In this document: positions 9,294 through 18,345 of the stretch, piece after piece | Layout of the letters: each line of letters begins with the position of its first letter | Position numbering within the stretch: position 1 is the first letter of the stretch | From: Myxococcota bacterium | GTDB taxonomy: Bacteria; Myxococcota_A; UBA9042; PHBI01; JAWLBL01 | NCBI GenBank assembly: GCA_041687695.1 | Contig: JAWLBL010000015.1 | Span: 140,589-204,588 of the forward strand | Direction: 5' to 3' | DNA: 64,000 bases | Program-made: the position numbers and the translations under genes | The notes under the pieces: generated by a model | The model's input: the letters and a program-made list of their open reading frames with translations, nothing else | What the model was told of the DNA's origin: nothing | Database searches by the model: none

Positions 9294-10577
9294 CTAATCA
9301 GCCGACTTGCAGCGCAGGACCTCGACCTCCGAGAGCGCGACGTCGTTCCAGCGGGCGCCGCGGGCGACCTCGAAGATCTCGAGGGTCAGACGTTTTGTGG
9401 GCTCCTCGACGGCGTAGACGGGGATCTCCGTGAAGCCGCGCTTGTCCGTCGGCAGGTCGACGAGGTGGCCGTTGGAGCCGAACAGTCCGATGTAGACCTT
9501 GCTCGCCCGGTTGTTCAGGGCGAACAGGTCGCCGAGGGCGTCCTTGCGCTGGAAACCGTTGGCGAGCCGGACCATGACGACATCGGTGGGCGTAGCGAGG
9601 TGGAGGGTCACCTTCGCGCCGGCGCCGCCCTGCTTCGAGGGGCTGGGCTGCCAGCTCGTGTCGAGCTTGCCATCGTGGAGGTGGGCGGCGTCGAAGCGGT
9701 AGCCGCCCGAGGGCCGGTGGGTGGAGCTGGCCTCGACGCGTTCGATGGGGACGCGGACCAGCTCGCCCGCGGGGCACTCGGGCTCCTCGGGGTTGTCGGT
9801 CATGCAGCGATCGTCGTCCGAGCTGTCGCACGCGCCAAAGCGCTTGCAGACCACCGACTCGCTGCAGTCCAGCACCCTGCATTGGGGGGCGAAGACACCG
9901 ATCCCCTGGTCCGCGACGCAGGCGCCGTAGACTTTGCAGTTGGTGGACTGGCGGCAGTCCGCGTCCGACTCGACCTGGCAGGAGCCGTCGACGAGCTGAC
10001 AGCGGCCGTGGGTTCGGCACTCGGGTGAGGCGCGACAGACGGCCGCGCTGCGCACGACGCAGGCGCCGTCCCGCGCGACGCAGCGGTGTTCGAGGGTGCA
10101 GGCGCGGCTCTCTTTGCACATCGCGTCGGTCGTGACGCCACAACGGGCGCCCTCGCGGTGGACCTGGACCCTGTCGTCGACGGCAAGCTCCGGCGCCTCC
10201 TGCGGGACGAGCCCACAGGCGCCGACCGCCGCGCACCGCGCGCTGGCGGCGCAGGCCGCCTCCGAGCCGGCCACGCAGATCGGGCGGCCGTCGACCTCGC
10301 TCTTCGCCTCGACGCAGCGGCCGTAGACGGCGCAGGCCGGCGAGTCCTTGCAGCCCTTGGGCCCGACGACGCAGCCCGCGTCCTGCTCGAACGCGCAGCG
10401 CCCCTGGTTGGCGCACCACGAGCACCGCGCCGGCGCGCAATGCATCGGGTTCGGCCCGTCCTGGCACGTCGCGTCGTCCTGGGGTTCGACGAACCCGTCA
10501 TCGGCGTGGGCGGCCCCGGGGCCCAGGAGGAGGCCGAGGCCCTGGATCAGCAAGCAAATGGTCAGTGCTCTCATCAT
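9294..10577 (-). CDS. Secreted Cys-rich protein with a C-terminal discoidin/F5-8-like carbohydrate-binding domain
   Basis: Signal peptide (MMRALTICLL...AAHA), repeated CxxSxxCxxxGxC units, then VEASS...DGKLDTSW...LANGF...NNR...TLEIFEV...ALSEVEV. Confidence 0.7.
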   Translation of the reverse strand: MMRALTICLLIQGLGLLLGPGAAHADDGFVEPQDDATCQDGPNPMHCAPARCSWCANQGRCAFEQDAGCVVGPKGCKDSPACAVYGRCVEAKSEVDGRPICVAGSEAACAASARCAAVGACGLVPQEAPELAVDDRVQVHREGARCGVTTDAMCKESRACTLEHRCVARDGACVVRSAAVCRASPECRTHGRCQLVDGSCQVESDADCRQSTNCKVYGACVADQGIGVFAPQCRVLDCSESVVCKRFGACDSSDDDRCMTDNPEEPECPAGELVRVPIERVEASSTHRPSGGYRFDAAHLHDGKLDTSWQPSPSKQGGAGAKVTLHLATPTDVVMVRLANGFQRKDALGDLFALNNRASKVYIGLFGSNGHLVDLPTDKRGFTEIPVYAVEEPTKRLTLEIFEVARGARWNDVALSEVEVLRCKSAD

Positions 10578-10960
10578 GCTCACCACGCCCATGGACCGAT
10601 AACCGACATAGTGCCCACTACCGGCCCCCGCGTCACCAGCGAACTGGCAGGCTCCGGGCGCACCGCTGCGTTCGACTCCTCGTGAGCCCTTCACTTCAAC
10701 AGTGAGCCTGCACAGTGGGCTTGCGGGCGCTTGGTCCTCGGGCGCACCCTGAGCTGTCGTCAGGGGCAAAGGGGGCAGATACCTGATTGTGATCCCTGTG
10801 AAGCAACCCCAGCGGCGACAGCCGAGCGTCCATCGGAGAGGGGGCCTGGGCGAACCGGCGGTCGCGCGATGCGTCTCGGGTCATCTCAGCAGACCTCGAA
10901 CGTCCTTTCGAGCATCGAGCGGCGAGCTGGACGTGCCCGGCGAGTTTCTTCCCAGGGATC

Positions 10961-11109
10961 GTAAGTTGGGACTTGACCCCTGGGATCCCGCCGGCCCCCT
11001 GGGATCCCGCCGTGTGAAGCGAGAGCGCGACTCGCTCGAGCAGACAACCGGAATTTCATCCCGGGCCTGCCACCCGAGTCGTTTGTAAGTTGGGACTTGA
11101 CCCCTGGGA
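10961..11109 (+). repeat. Two copies of dispersed motif A (GTAAGTTGGGACTTGACCCCTGGGA)
   Basis: Exact 25-mers at 10961..10985 and 11085..11109. Variants occur at 59950, 60006, 60041, 60097 and 63617. Confidence 0.9.
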
Positions 11110-11367
11110 CGCGGCGGTCAGCAGGAACCCGGCGATGACGGCGACGGCGAAGCCGAAGATCATCTCGTGCGCGTGCCAGGCGGTCGGATCGACCGCGAGC
11201 GGCAGCGTGGTCCCGCTGAACAGGACGTGCAGCCACAGGGGCAGCCACACGGCGGCCAGCAGCCCGGCGAGCAGGAAGAAGGGCCGGAAGCCCAGGGCGA
11301 GCACCGGATGGGCGAAGATCCCTCTCGGCGCGTCCTCGGCGGGGGTCATGTAGCGTTCGATCCGCAT
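11056..11367 (-). pseudogene. Truncated duplicate of the nnrS 5' end
   Basis: About the first 85 codons are identical to nnrS; the frame then runs into motif A (SQGSSPNLQT) and stops. Confidence 0.88.
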
Positions 11368-11451
11368 GCGTCCTCCCGACGCGCGACCCCGTCCGCGAGG
11401 CCGCCTTCGGCCTGGATGATGGGAACGACTTGCCGATTAGGCAATGTCGGA
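11112..11451. repeat. 340-bp direct repeat, copy 2
   Basis: Identical to 8164..8503. Its left end is 2 bp from motif A. Confidence 0.95.
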
Positions 11452-11555
11452 TGTCTGGGTCCGAGTAAAGAGTGGCGGTTGGTGCATCGTCGGATCCCCT
11501 CTCGGCACGGATCCTGCTCACTCGCCGACGTCCCCCCAACACGACAGGAGACGTC

Positions 11556-12095
11556 ATGCCCCAGAGCGCCCACGCACCCCTTCACGGCCTGGACGAGGCC
11601 GGGACCTTCATCGTGACGGCGTCGACGTACCACCACCATCCCTACTTCGAGCCGCCAGATCTCCGAACGCTCTTGCGCGACGAGCTGCTGGGGACGGCTG
11701 ACCTCTACGGCTGGTGTCTCGTGGCCTGGGCCGTGATGCCGGACCACTACCACTTCGTCGGGGCCTGCAAGGCGCGGCCGGTCAACCTCCCCGCGTTCAT
11801 CGGCCGGCTGCACTCACTGACGGCGCGCGCGGTGAACGAGCGGGACGGCTGCCCCGAGCGTCGCGTTTGGAGCCAGTACTGGGACACGCGCATCACGAGT
11901 CAGCGCAGCTACCTCGCCCGCCTCGCCTACGTGAACCGCAACCCGGTCAAGCACGGTCTGGTCGAGGTCGCCAGCGAGTATCCGTGGTGCTCGGCCGCCT
12001 GGTTCCGCGACAACGCGCCGCCGTCGCTGTTCCGGGTCGTCTCGCAGTTCAAGGTCGACCGGGTCTCCGTTCGCGAGCCGGGGCCAACGAACTGA
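11556..12095 (+). mobile_element. REP-associated tyrosine transposase (RAYT, HUH Y1 family)
   Basis: AGGAG RBS and ATG 11556. GTFIVTASTY, AWAVMPDHYHF (HUH), VWSQYWDTRI, catalytic LAYVNRNPVKHGL, EYPWCSA. Followed directly by palindromic repeats. Confidence 0.9.
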
Positions 12096-12909
12096 GTGCG
12101 AGCGCCGAGGCTCGTGCAAGGTCCATAGCGCCGGCGGCACGAACGACCTTGCGACTACGCTCGGGACTGGGGTGCCGTTCCGCCGCCGCAGGCGGCTATG
12201 GACCGCGCAGGCCGTGCCTGCGCTATGCGATTGTCGCGCCTCCTCTACACCCGCGCGGTCCACAGCGCCGGCGTGGCCGGCGCGTTCCATAGCGCCTTCG
12301 GCGCGAACGTCCCTGCGACCATGCTCGGTGCTGGGGTGCCGTTCCGCCGCCGCAGGCGGCTATGGACCGCGCAGGCCGTGCCTGCGCTATGCGATTGTGG
12401 CGCCTCCTGTGTACTCGTGCGGTCCACAGCGCCGGCGTGGCCGGCGCGCTCCATAGCGCCTTCGGCGCGAACGAAGCGCCTTCGGCGCGAACGACCCTGC
12501 GACCATGGTCGATGCCGAGGTGCCGTTCCGCCGCCGCAGGCGGCTGTGGACCGCGCAGGCCGTGCCTGCGCTATGCGATTGTCGCGCCTCCTCTACACCC
12601 GCGCGGTCCACAGCGCCGGCGTGGCCAGCGCGAACGACCCTGCGACTACGCTCGGGACTGGGGCGCCGTTCCGCCGCCGCAGGCGGCTATGGACCGCGCA
12701 GGCCTTGCCTGCGCTGTGCGATTGTCGCGCCTCCTCTGTACCCGCGCGGTCCACAGCGCCGGCGTGGCCGGCGCGCTCCATAGCGCCTTCGGCGCGAACG
12801 AAGCGCCTTCGGCGCGAACGGAGCGCCGGCGTGGCCGGCGCGCTCCATAGCGCCTGCGGCGCGAACGAAGCGCCTTCGGCGCGAACGGAGCGCCGGCGTG
12901 GCCGGCGCG
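12096..12909. repeat. REP/REPIN-like palindromic array adjacent to the RAYT
   Basis: Four long units start near 12172, 12336, 12520 and 12663. Each has CTATGGACCGCGCAGGC-N3-GCCTGCGCT facing an inverted AGCGCCGGC-GTG-GCCGGCGCGCTCCATAG. Also mini-hairpins GCGCC-TTC-GGCGC and GCCGCC-GCA-GGCGGC, and partial units to about 12909. Confidence 0.88.
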
Positions 12910-12938
12910 GTTGATGGCGCGAGGAGGCTTGGGGGGAG

Positions 12939-14003
12939 TCAGGCCAGGCGGGCGAGGACGGCGTCGCCGGCTTGGGTGGTGGAGGCCGTGCCGCCGAGGT
13001 CGCGGGTGCGGACGCCGGCGGAGACGGCGGCGGAGACGGCCTGCTCGATGGCGGCGGCCTCGGGTTCGAGGGAGAGGGAGTGGCGGAGCAGCATCGCCGC
13101 GCTGAGGATGGTGGCGTAGGGGTTGGCCACGTTCTGGCCGGCGATGTCGGGGGCCGAGCCGTGGATGGGCTCGTACAGGCCGCGGCGGCCCTGGCCGAGG
13201 GAGGCCGAGGGGAGCAGGCCCAGGGAGCCGGAGAGGACCGAGGCCTCGTCGGTCAGGATGTCGCCGAACATGTTCTCGGTGACGACGACGTCGAAGGACG
13301 CGGGGTGGGTGACGAGGCGCATGGCGCAGGAGTCGACGAGCTGGTGCTCGAGGGTGACGTCCGGGTAGTCGGCGGCGACCTCGGTGGCGACCTGGCGCCA
13401 CAGACGCGAGGACTCGAGCACGTTGGCCTTGTCGACGCTGGTGACGCGCTTGCGGCGACCGCGGGCGAGTTCGAAGGCCAGCTTCACGACCCGCCGGATC
13501 TCGGCGTCGGTGTACTCGAGCGTGTCGACCGCGCGCACGCCGCCGTCGGCCGTGGGCTCGCGCAGCCGCGGCTGGCCGAAGTACAGGCCGCCGGTCAGCT
13601 CGCGCACGACCAGCAGATCGACGCCCTCGAGCCGCTCGGGCTTGAGCGGCGAGGCGTCGACCAGCGCCGGGTGCAGGGTGACCGGCCGCAGGTTGGCGTA
13701 CAGGCCCAGCGCCTTTCGGATGGCCAGCAGGCCTTGCTCGGGGCGCACCTTGGCCGCCGGGTCGTCCCACTTCGGCCCGCCGACCGCGCCCAGCAGGATG
13801 GCGTCGGCCGCGCGGGCGGCCTCGAGCGCCTCGGGCGGCAGCGGCTGGCCGGTCGCGTCGATGGCGGCGCCGCCGATCAGGTGGTCCGAGAACTGGAAGT
13901 CGTGGCCGAACCGGGCCGCGATGCGCTCGAGCACGCGCCTCGCCTCGGCCGTCACCTCGGGCCCCAGGCCGTCGCCCGCCAGCACTACGATCGTCGCCTT
14001 CAC
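12939..14003 (-). CDS. leuB: 3-isopropylmalate dehydrogenase
   Basis: [59 protein letters not shown]. Confidence 0.96.
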   Translation of the reverse strand: MKATIVVLAGDGLGPEVTAEARRVLERIAARFGHDFQFSDHLIGGAAIDATGQPLPPEALEAARAADAILLGAVGGPKWDDPAAKVRPEQGLLAIRKALGLYANLRPVTLHPALVDASPLKPERLEGVDLLVVRELTGGLYFGQPRLREPTADGGVRAVDTLEYTDAEIRRVVKLAFELARGRRKRVTSVDKANVLESSRLWRQVATEVAADYPDVTLEHQLVDSCAMRLVTHPASFDVVVTENMFGDILTDEASVLSGSLGLLPSASLGQGRRGLYEPIHGSAPDIAGQNVANPYATILSAAMLLRHSLSLEPEAAAIEQAVSAAVSAGVRTRDLGGTASTTQAGDAVLARLA

Positions 14004-14593
14004 GCGGCCTCCTCGGCGTCACGGGCCGCCTCCCAGGCGGCGATGCGGTCCACGAAGCCCAGTAGATAGCCCAGCTCGTCCACGCCGCGCAGCAGACAAT
14101 TGCGCGAGAACGCGTCGATGGGGAACGGCACCTCGCGCCCGTCGGGCAGCCGCAGTGTGCACGCCTCGAGATCGACCGTCACCTCGGCCGCCGGGTCCGC
14201 CGCCCGCGCCCGCAGCAGCTCGGCGTGCGCCCACGCGGGCACCGCCACCGGCACCAAGCCGTTCTTCAGCGCGTTGCCCCGGAAGATGTCGGCGAAGCTG
14301 GTCGACACCACCGCCCGGAAGCCCCCCGCCCGCAGCGCCCACGGCGCGTGCTCGCGCGACGACCCGCAGCCGAAGTTGTCGCCCGCCACCAGGATCTCGG
14401 CCCCCGCCGCCTCGGGCTGGTTCAGCGCGAAGCCCGGCTCCTGCCGCCAGTCGGCGAACAGCGCCTCGCCCAGCCCCTGCTTGTCCGTCACCTTCAGAAA
14501 GCGCGCCGGGATGATCTGGTCGGTGTCGATGTTCGGCACCGGCAGCGCCACCATCCGCGCCGTCACCCGCGTCAGCCCCACCCGCTCAGACAT
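14000..14593 (-). CDS. leuD: 3-isopropylmalate dehydratase small subunit
   Basis: [34 protein letters not shown]. Confidence 0.96.
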   Translation of the reverse strand: MSERVGLTRVTARMVALPVPNIDTDQIIPARFLKVTDKQGLGEALFADWRQEPGFALNQPEAAGAEILVAGDNFGCGSSREHAPWALRAGGFRAVVSTSFADIFRGNALKNGLVPVAVPAWAHAELLRARAADPAAEVTVDLEACTLRLPDGREVPFPIDAFSRNCLLRGVDELGYLLGFVDRIAAWEAARDAEEAA

Positions 14594-16025
14594 CGCTCAC
14601 CTCCAGCGCCCGCGCCGCCCTCACCAGCGTCCGCGGGTCCGTCACCCGCCCGGTCACCGCGCAGGCCGCCGCCGTCAGCGGCGACGCCAGCATCGTCCGC
14701 CCGCCGCGCCCCTGCCGCCCCTCGAAGTTGCGGTTCGACGTGCTGACCGCGACCTGGCCCGCCTGGATCTGGTCGCCGTTCATCGCGATGCACATCGAGC
14801 ACCCCGGCTCGCGCCACTCGGCGCCCGCCTCGCGGAACACCCGGTCGAGCCCCTCGGCCTCGGCGTCCCGCTTGACCGCCTGCGACCCCGGCACCACCAG
14901 CACCCGCACGCCCGGCGCCACCTTGCGCCCGCGCATCACGCTCGCCGCCTCGCGGAGATCGCTCAGCCGCGAGTTGGTGCACGACCCGATGAACACCACG
15001 TCCACCGGCCGCCCCGCGATGGGCTGCCCGGCGTCGAGCCCCATGTACCCCAGCGCCTTGTCCAGCGTCGTCCGGTCGGCCGCGCAGGCCAGCGCGTCGG
15101 GATCCGGCACCCGCCCGCCGACCGGCGCCCCCATCGCCGGGTTGGTGCCCCAGGTGATCATCGGCTCGAGCGCGCTCGCGTCCAGCGTCACCGTCTTGGC
15201 GAAGGCCGCCCCCTCGTCGGTCGTCAGCCGCCGCCACCGCGCCACCGCCCGGTCCCAGGCCGCACCGCTCGGCGCGTGCTCGCGCCCGCGAAGGTACTCG
15301 AACGTCGTCTCGTCCGGCGCCACCATCCCGGCCTTTGCGCCGGCCTCGATGGACATGTTGCACAGCGTCATCCGCTGCTCCATGTCCATCGCCCGCACGG
15401 CCTCGCCACGGAACTCGAACACGTGCCCGGTCCCGCCGCCGGTCCCGATCTTCGCGATGAGCGCCAGGATGACGTCCTTGGCCCCCACCCCCGCCGGCAG
15501 CCGCCCCTCGATCCGCACCTCGTAGGGCGTCGGCCGCCGCTGCAAGAGGCACTGCGTCGCCAGGACGTGCTCGACCTCGCTGGTCCCGATGCCGAAGGCC
15601 AGCGCCCCGAACGCCCCGTGGGTCGACGTGTGGCTGTCGCCGCAGACGATGGTCATCCCCGGCTGCGTCAGCCCCAGCTCGGGCCCGATGACGTGCACGA
15701 TCCCGTTGGTCGGCGCCCCCAGGCCGTGCAGCCGGATGCCGTGGGCCGCGCAGTTGTCGGCCAGCCGCCGCAGCTGCGCCGCGCCCTGCGCGTCGGCCGC
15801 CTCGAGCCCGCCCGGCACCGTCGGCGTCGAGTGGTCCATGGTCGCCACGGTGCGGTCGGGCCGCCGCACCCTCAGCCCGCGCGCCTCGAGGCCCGAGAAG
15901 GCCTGCGGCGACGTCACCTCGTGGACCAGGTGCAGGTCGATGTACAGGACCGCCGGGCAGTCCGGCTCGTGGGCCACGACGTGCGCGTCCCAGACCTTGT
16001 CGAACAGGGTGCGGGGCTGGCTCAC
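14586..16025 (-). CDS. leuC: 3-isopropylmalate dehydratase large subunit
   Basis: [55 protein letters not shown]. Confidence 0.96.
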   Translation of the reverse strand: MSQPRTLFDKVWDAHVVAHEPDCPAVLYIDLHLVHEVTSPQAFSGLEARGLRVRRPDRTVATMDHSTPTVPGGLEAADAQGAAQLRRLADNCAAHGIRLHGLGAPTNGIVHVIGPELGLTQPGMTIVCGDSHTSTHGAFGALAFGIGTSEVEHVLATQCLLQRRPTPYEVRIEGRLPAGVGAKDVILALIAKIGTGGGTGHVFEFRGEAVRAMDMEQRMTLCNMSIEAGAKAGMVAPDETTFEYLRGREHAPSGAAWDRAVARWRRLTTDEGAAFAKTVTLDASALEPMITWGTNPAMGAPVGGRVPDPDALACAADRTTLDKALGYMGLDAGQPIAGRPVDVVFIGSCTNSRLSDLREAASVMRGRKVAPGVRVLVVPGSQAVKRDAEAEGLDRVFREAGAEWREPGCSMCIAMNGDQIQAGQVAVSTSNRNFEGRQGRGGRTMLASPLTAAACAVTGRVTDPRTLVRAARALEVSDV

Positions 16026-17701
16026 GCGCGCACCTCCTCCGCCGGGGCCTCGGCCGGGCGCGCCGCCTCGCCGCTGACCTCCAGCGTGACGCCGCGCGCG
16101 GTCAGCAGCCGGTTGACGGCCGCCAGGTAGGCCTTGGCGCTGGCCACGATGATGTCGGTGTCCGCCCCGTGCCCGTGGAACACGCGGGCCAGCGCGTCGC
16201 CGCTCTGCGGGTTGGTCTTGGCCCCGCTGGCCTTGCCGCGGATGCGGACCGAGACCTCGCCCAGCGCGTCGATGCCCTCGGTCACCGCGTGCACCGAGTA
16301 CTCGAGCAGCTCGGCCTCGAGCCGCACGTGCTTGTTCACCAGCTGGTCGATGGCCTTGAAGCTGGCGTCCACCGGCCCGGTGCCCACCGACGCCTCGACC
16401 GTGCTGGACCCGTCGGGCGCGCGCAGCCGCACCGTCGCCGTCGGCAGCCCGATGGTGCCGCAGCCGACCTGCAGCCCCGACAGGGCGAACAGCTCGGGCG
16501 CCTGGCGCAGCTCGCTCGACACCAGCGCCTCGAGGTCCGCGTCGGTCACCACCTTCTTGCGGTCGGCCAGCTCCTTGAAGCGGTCGAAGGCCCGCTGCAG
16601 GTCCTCGCCCTCGACCGGGTAGCCCAGCTCGGCCAGCCGCGCCGACAGCGCCGCCCGCCCCGAGTGCTTGCCCATGACCAGCCGCGTCTGCTGCGCGCCG
16701 ACCGTCTCGGGCCGCATGATCTCGTAGGTCTCGGCGTTCTTGAGCATCCCGTCCTGGTGGATGCCCGACTCGTGCGCGAACGCGTTGGCGCCCACGATCG
16801 CCTTGTTGGGCTGCACGTGCATCCCGGTCGTCGTCGAGACCAGCCGGCTCGCCCGCGTCAGCTGCGTCGCGTCGATCCCGGTCCGCAGCCCGAAGCGCCC
16901 CCGCCGCGTCGCCAGCGCCATCACGATCTCCTCCAGCGCGCAGTTGCCCGCCCGCTCGCCGATGCCGTTGATGGTCACCTCGGCCTGGCGCGCGCCGTTG
17001 GCCAGCCCGGCCAGCGTGTTCGCCGTCGCCAGCCCAAGATCGTTGTGGCAGTGGACGCTGATGATGGCCCGGTCGATGCCCGGCACGTTGGCCTTGATGC
17101 CCGCGATGAGGGCCCCGAACTCGTCGGGCGTCGTGTAGCCGACCGTGTCCGGGATGTTCAGCGTCGTCGCGCCGGCCGCGATGACCGCCGCCAGCACCTC
17201 GTACAGGAACTCGGGCTCGGTGCGGCCCGCGTCCTCGGGGCTGAACTCGATGTCCTCGCAGCGCTCGCGCGCGTAGGCCACCATGGTCCGCGCCCGCTCG
17301 ACGACCTGCTCGCGGCTCATGCGCAGCTTGTGCTCGCGGTGGATGGGCGAGGTCGCGAGGAAGGTGTGGATGCGCGGCAGCGCCGCCGGGCGCACCGCCT
17401 GCCAGGCCTTGTCGATGTCGCCGGGGGTCGCCCGCGCCAGCCCGCAGATGATGGGCGGCGTCTCGGTCGGGCGGCCGTCGACCGGGCCGGCCCCGATCTG
17501 CTGGGCGATGGTCCGGACCGCCAGCAGATCGTCGGGCGAGGCGGCCGGGAAGCCCGTCTCGATGACGTCCACGCCCAGGCGCGCCAGCGCCCGCGCCACC
17601 TCCAGCTTCTCGGCCGAGGTCATGGTCGCGCCGGGCGACTGCTCGCCGTCGCGGAGCGTGGTGTCGAAGATCCGCACGTAGTCGGGAGAGAGCGTCGTCA
17701 T
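16022..17701 (-). CDS. leuA: 2-isopropylmalate synthase
   Basis: [45 protein letters not shown] and a regulatory C-terminus. Start placed at ATG 17701 (MTTLSPDY). Confidence 0.95.
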   Translation of the reverse strand: MTTLSPDYVRIFDTTLRDGEQSPGATMTSAEKLEVARALARLGVDVIETGFPAASPDDLLAVRTIAQQIGAGPVDGRPTETPPIICGLARATPGDIDKAWQAVRPAALPRIHTFLATSPIHREHKLRMSREQVVERARTMVAYARERCEDIEFSPEDAGRTEPEFLYEVLAAVIAAGATTLNIPDTVGYTTPDEFGALIAGIKANVPGIDRAIISVHCHNDLGLATANTLAGLANGARQAEVTINGIGERAGNCALEEIVMALATRRGRFGLRTGIDATQLTRASRLVSTTTGMHVQPNKAIVGANAFAHESGIHQDGMLKNAETYEIMRPETVGAQQTRLVMGKHSGRAALSARLAELGYPVEGEDLQRAFDRFKELADRKKVVTDADLEALVSSELRQAPELFALSGLQVGCGTIGLPTATVRLRAPDGSSTVEASVGTGPVDASFKAIDQLVNKHVRLEAELLEYSVHAVTEGIDALGEVSVRIRGKASGAKTNPQSGDALARVFHGHGADTDIIVASAKAYLAAVNRLLTARGVTLEVSGEAARPAEAPAEEVRA

Positions 17702-17712
17702 GTGTCCATCCG

Positions 17713-17815
17713 TGAAAGCGGCCGCCCCCCGAAACGGCGACGGCCCCGCATCCTGCCTGGTTGCGGGGCCGTCGTCGGGTCCGAGAGGAGGCTCAGACGC
17801 GAGGCGGCCCGCACC
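17713..17815 (-). promoter_or_regulatory. Putative leu attenuator with mutually exclusive stems
   Basis: On the mRNA, CGACGACGGCCCCGCA (17777-17762) pairs 15/16 with TGCGGGGCCGTCGCCG (17750-17735). The latter can instead pair with GGGGGGCGGCC followed by GCTTTC, and the former with TGCGGGCCG at the end of the leader ORF. Confidence 0.7.
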
Positions 17816-17951
17816 CCAGCAGCGCAAGCCCCAGCAACCCGAGCAGCAGGCTCGAATAGTCCCGAAGCGCCCCGGCCGAAGCCGCTGACGGCGCGCTCGG
17901 CCGCGGCGTCCCCCGGGGGAGGGGAGGCCGACCCGGCTCGCGCTGGCGCAT
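17793..17951 (-). CDS. Putative Leu-rich leader peptide (52 aa)
   Basis: [52 protein letters not shown]. Eight Leu in 11 codons near the stop, which lies 91 bp upstream of leuA. True start is uncertain. Confidence 0.65.
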   Translation of the reverse strand: MRQREPGRPPLPRGTPRPSAPSAASAGALRDYSSLLLGLLGLALLGCGPPRV

Positions 17952-18345
17952 GCAGGACGTCATCACGGCCGAGGGTGACGGGCGTGACGCGCCGAGTCAA
18001 GCGCGCCGCGAGGCCTCCTGCCGGCCGCCTCGCCGCCGGCGAGCCGAAAACATCAAGGATCACCGCCGGTTGTGAAAGCGTATTCCGTTAGTGCGACCGC
18101 TGGTGTGCGCTCGCGCGCACCTCACGACATACTCACCCGGAGCAATCGGCTAGCGTCCGGTTGCCCGACCCCTGAGTTCATCCGCACAGCAACCGGCCGT
18201 CCAAGGCCCGCGTTCGCTCGCGGCGAGGGGCATCGCACCGAGGTTCACCCTGATTCCACCCGCGTCCGCGGGGGTGAATCTCCGCCTTGCCGCGCCTCCG
18301 ACCGTGAGCGCCCGCCGGTATGCCGGACGGCCAACGAGGTGACCC

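Noticed and set aside
12096..12909. CRISPR array
   Set aside because: Units are long and internally palindromic, the linkers are related to each other rather than unique spacers, and there are no cas genes. The adjacent RAYT explains it as a REP array.
12172..12914. Short repetitive ORFs (MDRAGRACAMR..., MPFRRRRRLW...)
   Set aside because: Translations of the REP array in several frames, with no coding bias.
18160..18290. Structured ncRNA/riboswitch upstream of the Cys-rich lipoprotein (CCGGTTGC...GCAACCGG and GATTC...GAATC stems)
   Set aside because: The stems are short and expected by chance at this GC content, and I recognise no family consensus. An Rfam search would settle it.
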